The notes beneath the pieces are model-generated. The model saw nothing but the letters and a program-made list of their open reading frames with translations. It was not told the origin of the DNA and ran no database searches. 64,000 nucleotides of DNA from Auanema rhodensis (taxonomy: Eukaryota > Animalia > Nematoda). The stretch is from NCBI GenBank assembly GCA_964057225.1, contig OZ059895.1, positions 11,966,001-12,030,000 on the forward strand, written 5' to 3'. Positions 29,187-38,944 of the stretch are shown one piece after another; within the stretch, counting starts at the first letter, position 1, and every line of letters starts with the position of its first letter. A program made the translations under genes and the position numbers.

Positions 29187-29305
29187 GCTTACGACCATAC
29201 CACGTTGAAAGTACGCCATCCCGTCCGATCTGGCAAGTCAAGCAACGTTGGGCCCGGTTAGTACTTGGATCGGAGACGGCTTGGGAATCCCGGGTGCCGT
29301 AAGCT
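29187..29305 (+). rRNA. 5S rRNA (type A)
   Basis: Consensus. Confidence 0.93.
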
Positions 29306-29715
29306 TTTCAAATTTTTTTAACGATCATACCACGTTGAAAGTACGCCATGCAGCTGATTTTCAATTTTATTTCTTCCGTAACAAATGTTTTCAATTTTCC
29401 AGCAGTTTTACTTAGATAGCTCAACCCAAGGCATTAAAATATCTTCAATCTTATTTCTATATTACAGTTATAAACCAGTAGTTTATGAACCTTCATCTTA
29501 ACTTTACTGTTTCTATCTATTTCCTATTGAAACAAACATTGTTTAAACACTATACAACTGTGAAACCTTTTTTAATTTATTGTATTTGGAGCTCATAAGA
29601 TTCAATATCATCGAGGGATTTAGATGTAACGTGGAAAATTACATAACTAACATGAAATTGGAAAAAAAACAATAACGAGGATAAATATGTAAATCATTCA
29701 ATATCAGATATTTTC

Positions 29716-29834
29716 GCTTACGACCATACCACGTTGAAAGAACGCCATCCCGTCCGATCTGGCAAGTCAAGCAACGTTGGGCCCGGTTAGTACTTGGATC
29801 GGAGACAGCTTGGGAATCCCGGGTGCCGTAAGCT
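29716..29834 (+). rRNA. 5S rRNA, variant C
   Basis: T26A, G92A. Confidence 0.8.
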
Positions 29835-30244
29835 TTTCAAATTTTTTTAACGATCATACCACGTTGAAAGTACGCCATGCAGCTGATTTTCAATTTTATC
29901 TCTTCCGTAACAAATGTTTTCAATTTTCCAGCAGTTTTACTTAGATAGCTCAACCAAAGCCATTAAAATATCTTCAATCTTATTTCTATATTACAGTTAT
30001 AAACCAGTAGTTTATGAACCTTCATCTTAACTTTACTGTTTCTATCTATTTCCTATTGAAACAAACATTGTTTAAACACTATACAACTGTGAAACCTTTT
30101 TTAATTTATTGTATTTGGATCTCATAAGATTTGATATCATCGAGGGATTTAGATGTTACGTAGAAAATTACATAACTAACATGAAATTGGAAAAAAAACA
30201 ATAACGAGGATAAGTATGTAAATCTTTAAATATCAGATATTTTC

Positions 30245-30363
30245 GCTTACGACCATACCACGTTGAAAGTACGCCATCCCGTCCGATCTGGCAAGTCAAG
30301 CAACGTTGGGCCCGGTTAGTACTTGGATCGGAGACGGCTTGGGAATCCCGGGTGCCGTAAGCT
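30245..30363 (+). rRNA. 5S rRNA (type A)
   Basis: Consensus. Confidence 0.93.
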
Positions 30364-30773
30364 TTTCAAATTTTTTTAACGATCATACCACGTTGAAAGT
30401 ACGCCATGCAGCTGATTTTCAATTTTATCTCTTCCGTAACAAATGTTTTCAATTTTCCAGCAGTTTTACTTAGATAGCTCAACCCAAGGCATTAAAATAT
30501 CTTCAATCTTATTTCTATATTACAGTTATAAACCAGTAGTTTATGAACCTTCATCTTAACTTTACTGTTTCTATCTATTTCCTATTGAAACAAACATTGT
30601 TTAAACACTATACAACTGTGAAACCTTTTTTAATTTATTGTATTTGGATCTCATAAGATTTGATATCATCGAGGGATTTAGATGTTACGTAGAAAATTAC
30701 ATAACTAACATGAAATTGGAAAAAAAACAATAACGAGGATAAGTATGTAAATCATTAAATATCAGATATTTTC

Positions 30774-30892
30774 GCTTACGACCATACCACGTTGAAAGTA
30801 CGCCATCCCGTCCGATCTGGCAAGTCAAGCAACGTTGGGCCCGGTTAGTACTTGGATCGGAGACGGCTTGGGAATCCCGGGTGCCGTAAGCT
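30774..30892 (+). rRNA. 5S rRNA (type A)
   Basis: Consensus. Confidence 0.93.
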
Positions 30893-31302
30893 TTTCAAAT
30901 TTTTTTAACGATCATACCACGTTGAAAGTACGCCATGCAGCTGATTTTCAATTTTATTTCTTCCGTAACAAATGTTTTCAATTTTCCAGCAGTTTTACTT
31001 AGATAGCTCAACCCAAGGCATTAAAATATCTTCAATCTTATTTCTATATTACAGTTATAAACCAGTAGTTTATGAACCTTCATCTTAACTTTACTGTTTC
31101 TATCTATTTCCTATTGAAACAAACATTGTTTAAACACTATACAACTGTGAAACCTTTTTTAATTTATTGTATTTGGAGCTCATAAGATTCAATATCATCG
31201 AGGGATTTAGATGTAACGTGGAAAATTACATAACTAACATGAAATTGGAAAAAAAACAATAACGAGGATAAATATGTAAATCATTCAATATCAGATATTT
31301 TC

Positions 31303-31421
31303 GCTTACGACCATACCACGTTGAAAGAACGCCATCCCGTCCGATCTGGCAAGTCAAGCAACGTTGGGCCCGGTTAGTACTTGGATCGGAGACAGCTTGG
31401 GAATCCCGGGTGCCGTAAGCT
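31303..31421 (+). rRNA. 5S rRNA, variant C
   Basis: T26A, G92A. Confidence 0.8.
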
Positions 31422-31831
31422 TTTCAAATTTTTTTAACGATCATACCACGTTGAAAGTACGCCATGCAGCTGATTTTCAATTTTATCTCTTCCGTAACAA
31501 ATGTTTTCAATTTTCCAGCAGTTTTACTTAGATAGCTCAACCAAAGCCATTAAAATATCTTCAATCTTATTTCTATATTACAGTTATAAACCAGTAGTTT
31601 ATGAACCTTCATCTTAACTTTACTGTTTCTATCTATTTCCTATTGAAACAAACATTGTTTAAACACTATACAACTGTGAAACCTTTTTTAATTTATTGTA
31701 TTTGGATCTCATAAGATTTGATATCATCGAGGGATTTAGATGTTACGTAGAAAATTACATAACTAACATGAAATTGGAAAAAAAACAATAACGAGGATAA
31801 GTATGTAAATCATTAAATATCAGATATTTTC

Positions 31832-31950
31832 GCTTACGACCATACCACGTTGAAAGTACGCCATCCCGTCCGATCTGGCAAGTCAAGCAACGTTGGGCCC
31901 GGTTAGTACTTGGATCGGAGACGGCTTGGGAATCCCGGGTGCCGTAAGCT
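31832..31950 (+). rRNA. 5S rRNA (type A)
   Basis: Consensus. Confidence 0.93.
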
Positions 31951-32360
31951 TTTCAAATTTTTTTAACGATCATACCACGTTGAAAGTACGCCATGCAGCT
32001 GATTTTCAATTTTATCTCTTCCGTAACAAATGTTTTCAATTTTCCAGCAGTTTTACTTAGATAGCTCAACCCAAGGCATTAAAATATCTTCAATCTTATT
32101 TCTATATTACAGTTATAAACCAGTAGTTTATGAACCTTCATCTTAACTTTACTGTTTCTATCTATTTCCTATTGAAACAAACATTGTTTAAACACTATAC
32201 AACTGTGAAACCTTTTTTAATTTATTGTATTTGGATCTCATAAGATTTGATATCATCGAGGGATTTAGATGTTACGTAGAAAATTACATAACTAACATGA
32301 AATTGGAAAAAAAACAATAACGAGGATAAGTATGTAAATCATTAAATATCAGATATTTTC

Positions 32361-32479
32361 GCTTACGACCATACCACGTTGAAAGTACGCCATCCCGTCC
32401 GATCTGGCAAGTCAAGCAACGTTGGGCCCGGTTAGTACTTGGATCGGAGACGGCTTGGGAATCCCGGGTGCCGTAAGCT
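32361..32479 (+). rRNA. 5S rRNA (type A)
   Basis: Consensus. Confidence 0.93.
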
Positions 32480-32889
32480 TTTCAAATTTTTTTAACGATC
32501 ATACCACGTTGAAAGTACGCCATGCAGCTGATTTTCAATTTTATTTCTTCCGTAACAAATGTTTTCAATTTTCCAGCAGTTTTACTTAGATAGCTCAACC
32601 CAAGGCATTAAAATATCTTCAATCTTATTTCTATATTACAGTTATAAACCAGTAGTTTATGAACCTTCATCTTAACTTTACTGTTTCTATCTATTTCCTA
32701 TTGAAACAAACATTGTTTAAACACTATACAACTGTGAAACCTTTTTTAATTTATTGTATTTGGAGCTCATAAGATTCAATATCATCGAGGGATTTAGATG
32801 TAACGTGGAAAATTACATAACTAACATGAAATTGGAAAAAAAACAATAACGAGGATAAATATGTAAATCATTCAATATCAGATATTTTC

Positions 32890-33008
32890 GCTTACGACCA
32901 TACCACGTTGAAAGAACGCCATCCCGTCCGATCTGGCAAGTCAAGCAACGTTGGGCCCGGTTAGTACTTGGATCGGAGACAGCTTGGGAATCCCGGGTGC
33001 CGTAAGCT
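32890..33008 (+). rRNA. 5S rRNA, variant C
   Basis: T26A, G92A. Confidence 0.8.
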
Positions 33009-33418
33009 TTTCAAATTTTTTTAACGATCATACCACGTTGAAAGTACGCCATGCAGCTGATTTTCAATTTTATCTCTTCCGTAACAAATGTTTTCAATTT
33101 TCCAGCAGTTTTACTTAGATAGCTCAACCAAAGCCATTAAAATATCTTCAATCTTATTTCTATATTACAGTTATAAACCAGTAGTTTATGAACCTTCATC
33201 TTAACTTTACTGTTTCTATCTATTTCCTATTGAAACAAACATTGTTTAAACACTATACAACTGTGAAACCTTTTTTAATTTATTGTATTTGGATCTCATA
33301 AGATTTGATATCATCGAGGGATTTAGATGTTACGTAGAAAATTACATAACTAACATGAAATTGGAAAAAAAACAATAACGAGGATAAGTATGTAAATCAT
33401 TAAATATCAGATATTTTC

Positions 33419-33537
33419 GCTTACGACCATACCACGTTGAAAGTACGCCATCCCGTCCGATCTGGCAAGTCAAGCAACGTTGGGCCCGGTTAGTACTTGG
33501 ATCGGAGACGGCTTGGGAATCCCGGGTGCCGTAAGCT
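33419..33537 (+). rRNA. 5S rRNA (type A)
   Basis: Consensus. Confidence 0.93.
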
Positions 33538-33948
33538 TTTCAAATTTTTTTAACGATCATACCACGTTGAAAGTACGCCATGCAGCTGATTTTCAATTTT
33601 ATCTCTTCCGTAACAAATGTTTTCAATTTTCCAGCAGTTTTACTTAGATAGCTCAACCCAAGGCATTAAAATATCTTCAATCTTATTTCTATATTACAGT
33701 TATAAACCAGTAGTTTATGAACCTTCATCTTAACTTTACTGTTTCTATCTATTTCCTATTGAAACAAACATTGTTTAAACACTATACAACTGTGAAACCT
33801 TTTTTAATTTATTGTATTTGGATCTCATAAGATTTGATATCATCGAGGGATTTAGATGTTACGTAGAAAATTACATAACTAACATGAAATTTGGAAAAAA
33901 AACAATAACGAGGATAAGTATGTAAATCATTGAATATCAGATATTTTC

Positions 33949-34067
33949 GCTTACGACCATACCACGTTGAAAGTACGCCATCCCGTCCGATCTGGCAAGT
34001 CAAGCAACGTTGGGCCCGGTTAGTACTTGGATCGGAGACGGCTTGGGAATCCCGGGTGCCGTAAGCT
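33949..34067 (+). rRNA. 5S rRNA (type A)
   Basis: Consensus. Confidence 0.93.
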
Positions 34068-34477
34068 TTTCAAATTTTTTTAACGATCATACCACGTTGA
34101 AAGTACGCCATGCAGCTGATTCTCAATTTTATCTCTTCCGTAACAAATGTTTTCAATTTTCCAGCAGTTTTACTTAGATAGCTCAACCCAAGGCATTAAA
34201 ATATCTTCAATCTTATTTCTATATTACAGTTATAAACCAGTAGTTTATGAACCTTCATCTTAACTTTACTGTTTCTATCTATTTCCTATTGAAACAAACA
34301 TTGTTTAAACACTATACAACTGTGAAACCTTTTTTAATTTATTGTATTTGGATCTCATAAGATTTGATATCATCGAGGGATTTAGATGTTACGTAGAAAA
34401 TTACATAACTAACATGAAATTGGAAAAAAAACAATAACGAGGATAAATATGTAAATCATTCAATATCAGATATTTTC

Positions 34478-34596
34478 GCTTACGACCATACCACGTTGAA
34501 AGTACGCCATCCCGTCCGATCTGGCAAGTCAAGCAACGTTGGGCCCGGTTAGTACTTGGATCGGAGACGGCTTGGGAATCCCGGGTGCCGTAAGCT
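34478..34596 (+). rRNA. 5S rRNA (type A)
   Basis: Consensus. Confidence 0.93.
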
Positions 34597-35006
34597 TTTC
34601 AAATTTTTTTAACGATCATACCACGTTGAAAGTACGCCATGCAGCTGATTCTCAATTTTATCTCTTCCGTAACAAATGTTTTCAATTTTCCAGCAGTTTT
34701 ACTTAGATAGCTCAACCCAAGGCATTAAAATATCTTCAATCTTATTTCTTTATTACAGTTATAAACCAGTAGTTTATGAACCTTCATCTTAACTTTACTG
34801 TTTCTATCTATTTCCTATTGAAACAAACATTGTTTAAACACTATACAACTGTGAAACCTTTTTTAATTTATTGTATTTGGATCTCATAAGATTTGATATC
34901 ATCGAGGGATTTAGATGTTACGTAGAAAATTACATAACTAACATGAAATTGGAAAAAAAACAATAACGAGGATAAGTATGTAAATCATTAAATATCAGAT
35001 ATTTTC

Positions 35007-35125
35007 GCTTACGACCATACCACGTTGAAAGTACGCCATCCCGTCCGATCTGGCAAGTCAAGCAACGTTGGGCCCGGTTAGTACTTGGATCGGAGACGGC
35101 TTGGGAATCCCGGGTGCCGTAAGCT
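35007..35125 (+). rRNA. 5S rRNA (type A)
   Basis: Consensus. Confidence 0.93.
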
Positions 35126-35536
35126 TTTCAAATTTTTTTAACGATCATACCACGTTGAAAGTACGCCATGCAGCTGATTTTCAATTTTATTTCTTCCGTA
35201 ACAAATGTTTTCAATTTTCCAGCAGTTTTACTTAGATAGCTCAACCCAAGGCATTAAAATATCTTCAATCTTATTTCTATATTACAGTTATAAACCAGTA
35301 GTTTATGAACCTTCATCTTAACTTTACTGTTTCTATCTATTTCCTATTGAAACAAACATTGTTTAAACACTATACAACTGTGAAACCTTTTTTAATTTAT
35401 TGTATTTGGAGCTCATAAGATTCAATATCATCGAGGGATTTAGATGTAACGTGGAAAATTACATAACTAACATGAAATTGGAAAAAAAAACAATAACGAG
35501 GATAAATATGTAAATCATTCAATATCAGATATTTTC

Positions 35537-35655
35537 GCTTACGACCATACCACGTTGAAAGAACGCCATCCCGTCCGATCTGGCAAGTCAAGCAACGTTG
35601 GGCCCGGTTAGTACTTGGATCGGAGACAGCTTGGGAATCCCGGGTGCCGTAAGCT
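35537..35655 (+). rRNA. 5S rRNA, variant C
   Basis: T26A, G92A. Confidence 0.8.
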
Positions 35656-36065
35656 TTTCAAATTTTTTTAACGATCATACCACGTTGAAAGTACGCCATG
35701 CAGCTGATTTTCAATTTTATCTCTTCCGTAACAAATGTTTTCAATTTTCCAGCAGTTTTACTTAGATAGCTCAACCAAAGCCATTAAAATATCTTCAATC
35801 TTATTTCTATATTACAGTTATAAACCAGTAGTTTATGAACCTTCATCTTAACTTTACTGTTTCTATCTATTTCCTATTGAAACAAACATTGTTTAAACAC
35901 TATACAACTGTGAAACCTTTTTTAATTTATTGTATTTGGATCTCATAAGATTTGATATCATCGAGGGATTTAGATGTTACGTAGAAAATTACATAACTAA
36001 CATGAAATTGGAAAAAAAACAATAACGAGGATAAGTATGTAAATCATTAAATATCAGATATTTTC

Positions 36066-36184
36066 GCTTACGACCATACCACGTTGAAAGTACGCCATCC
36101 CGTCCGATCTGGCAAGTCAAGCAACGTTGGGCCCGGTTAGTACTTGGATCGGAGACGGCTTGGGAATCCCGGGTGCCGTAAGCT
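36066..36184 (+). rRNA. 5S rRNA (type A)
   Basis: Consensus. Confidence 0.93.
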
Positions 36185-36594
36185 TTTCAAATTTTTTTAA
36201 CGATCATACCACGTTGAAAGTACGCCATGCAGCTGATTTTCAATTTTATCTCTTCCGTAACAAATGTTTTCAATTTTCCAGCAGTTTTACTTAGATAGCT
36301 CAACCCAAGGAATTAAAATATCTTCAATCTTATTTCTATATTACAGTTATAAACCAGTAGTTTATGAACCTTCATCTTAACTTTACTGTTTCTATCTATT
36401 TCCTATTGAAACAAACATTGTTTAAACACTATACAACTGTGAAACCTTTTTTAATTTATTGTATTTGGAGCTCATAAGATTCAATATCATCGAGGGATTT
36501 AGATGTAACGTGGAAAATTACATAACTAACATGAAATTGGAAAAAAAACAATAACGAGGATAAGTATGTAAATCATTGAATATCAGATATTTTC

Positions 36595-36713
36595 GCTTAC
36601 GACCATACCACGTTGAAAGAACGCCATCCCGTCCGATCTGGCAAGTCAAGCAACGTTGGGCCCGGTTAGTACTTGGATCGGAGACGGCTTGGGAATCCCG
36701 GGTGCCGTAAGCT
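36595..36713 (+). rRNA. 5S rRNA (T26A)
   Basis: Full length. Confidence 0.85.
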
Positions 36714-37123
36714 TTTCAAATTTTTTTAACGATCATACCACGTTGAAAGTACGCCATGCAGCTGATTTTCAATTTTATCTCTTCCGTAACAAATGTTTTC
36801 AATTTTCCAGCAGTTTTACTTAGATAGCTCAACCCAAGGCATTAAAATATCTTCAATCTTATTTCTATATTACAGTTATAAACCAGTAGTTTATGAACCT
36901 TCATCTTAACTTTACTGTTTCTATCTATTTCCTATTGAAACAAACATTGTTTAAACACTATACAACTGTGAAACCTTTTTTAATTTATTGTATTTGGAGC
37001 TCATAAGATTTGATATCATCGAGGAATTCAGATGTAACGTGGAAAATTACATAACTAACATGAAATTGGAAAAAAAACAATAACGAGGATAAATATGTAA
37101 ATCATTCAATATCAGATATTTTT

Positions 37124-37242
37124 GCTTACGACCATACCACGTTGAAAGTACGCCATCCCGTCCGATCTGGCAAGTCAAGCAACGTTGGGCCCGGTTAGTA
37201 CTTGGATCGGAGACGGCTTGGGAATCCCGGGTGCCGTAAGCT
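37124..37242 (+). rRNA. 5S rRNA (type A)
   Basis: Consensus; last gene before the insertion. Confidence 0.93.
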
Positions 37243-37587
37243 TTTCAAATTTTTTTAACGATCATACCACGTTGAAAGTACGCCATGCAGCTGATTCTCA
37301 ATTTTATCTCTTCCGTAACAAATGTTTTCAATTTTCCAGCAGTTTTACTTAGATAGCTCAACCCAAGGCATTAAAATATCTTCAATCTTATTTCTATATT
37401 ACAGTTATAAACCAGTAGTTTATGAACCTTCATCTTAACTTTACTGTTTCTATCTATTTCCTATTGAAACAAACATTGTTTAAACACTATACAACTGTGA
37501 AACCTTTTTTAATTTATTGTATTTGGAGCTCATAAGATTCAATATCATCGAGGGATTTAGATGTAACGTGGAAAATTACATAACTAA

Positions 37588-37973
37588 TGTTCCATACATA
37601 ACTTATAGAGAAGGCGGTTGACTACGTCAACCGACTTTAGTTTAATCAAATAAAATAAGAAACTAGAATTCGAAAGTTTTTTTATAAAAGATTCCACGGA
37701 ATAAGGTGGAACGTAATTCTTTTTATACAAATTCATTCACTTTTTACATTCTATAGTTTGCTATATAAACCCGTAGAAAACACACTAAGAGAGATCTTCT
37801 ATCATGTAGTTTTAGACTTTAACTTTACTTGTTTGTAGTTTATAACATTTCCTATTGTAGTTTTCTCTATATAATAAAACGGTTGCTAATTTATCTACTT
37901 GTTGAACAATGAAATCCTTGCACAAAATCTATCTGAAACCCTAGTCGGAACCCTAGGGCAATCAAATGGAACG
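37588..37973 (+). repeat. 5' LTR (386 bp)
   Basis: Begins TGTTCCAT, ends ATGGAACG; matches 49044-49429 except T/C at 37638/49094 and 37930/49386. Confidence 0.96.
37762..37769 (+). promoter_or_regulatory. Putative LTR TATA box
   Basis: TATATAAA mid-LTR, ~110 bp upstream of AATAAA, consistent with a U3-R-U5 layout. Confidence 0.5.
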
Positions 37974-37991
37974 TGGAGGTTCCACCGAGAT
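37974..37991 (+). other. Primer-binding site complementary to the tRNA-Gln 3' end
   Basis: TGGAGGTTCCACCGAGAT directly after the LTR is the reverse complement of ATCTCGGTGGAACCT-CCA, the 3' end of metazoan tRNA-Gln as I recall it. Confidence 0.88.
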
Positions 37992-38944
37992 CCGTCTATA
38001 ACGGACGGATCTCTATGGACCATTTCCGCTACTTTTCGAAATCCTTTTTGTATTCAAAATCTTTTATCCTTCATATCAAAACTTTATATAATATTCAAAC
38101 TTCTATTTCTAAAATTGTCAATTTTATCTCCTAAATGTTACCCGAATTTTATCTTTACTTCATTCTTTTATTTCATATATATTAAAAGCATATAATGCAT
38201 GAAAACTCTTTTGAAACAAACAAATCAAAACATTTATTGTCATAATCTATTTATAAAATACTTTAAAAACATTTATTCATTATCATTTATAAGACATTTT
38301 CAAAAAAAAAAAAAAAAAAAATACCAAAACATATTCTTGAATCATCTATTTTTTTTTCTCTTCGTAAAACTTCCTACTCATAAACCATAAACTATTCTAT
38401 TTTATTCAAGCCCGTGAGAAACAATACCAGACTTTCTCGGGACATCGTGCGGAGGCGTACACTTTTGATATAAGACGCGCATTCATTTGAAATTAACCCT
38501 TTTTCGGTCCTATATGAGAATTACAAAACGTAATATTTTTTTGAAGTTAAGTGGTCCCACCTAGCAGAGCCCAGGGGAGCAGAAGCAACGTTAAAAGGGA
38601 ACGTCTTCTGCGGGTTCGCTTAGGCACGAGAAGTCTGGAAAAATGAGTTCGAGAAGCCTGTGTACCTGATCTTGTCCATGACTGAAAAGGCACAATACAC
38701 AGACCACTGTCTCGCATCTCATGCCTCTTCGTGAGATAAGAACCCGGTCCTTTGCTAAGGTCACACGTAGTTGCGGACTCGTGTATGAACCTGACCAGGC
38801 TATTCTCCGACTAGAGACCCGCTGCAGGCTGGCCCCCTGACAGAAACAGGAGTCGCGCATACCAACCCCATATTGTTTCTTACGTTTGTATATATAAGCT
38901 CAGTCTTCGTTGGTTAATAATTTCCTTCCAGGAAACCAACAAAA

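Larger units (their letters stand above)
1..37587 (+). repeat. 5S rDNA tandem array, left arm (~42 full-gene 529-bp units and ~38 truncated 399-bp units)
   Basis: GCTTAC(G/A)ACCATACCACGTTGAAAG recurs at 399- or 529-bp spacing with a near-identical AT-rich spacer; the array runs off the window start. Confidence 0.97.

Noticed and set aside
3437-35591. Recurrent 61-69 aa ORFs (MTCQIGRDG..., MSYLSKTAG..., MKVRHPVR...) in the array, also at 49347-59500
   Set aside because: Chance frames through 5S genes and spacer; they open or close with single homopolymer indels and show no coding signature
264-37290. CRISPR-like recurrence of a ~29-bp direct repeat
   Set aside because: The intervening sequences are near-identical rather than unique spacers; the repeat is the 5S 5' end; eukaryotic context with no cas genes
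37899-38860. Small ORFs in the LTR and leader (37899-38195, 38199-38390, 38591-38860)
   Set aside because: Low-complexity F/I/K/L translations of AT-rich DNA, or antisense to the structured region; at most uORFs
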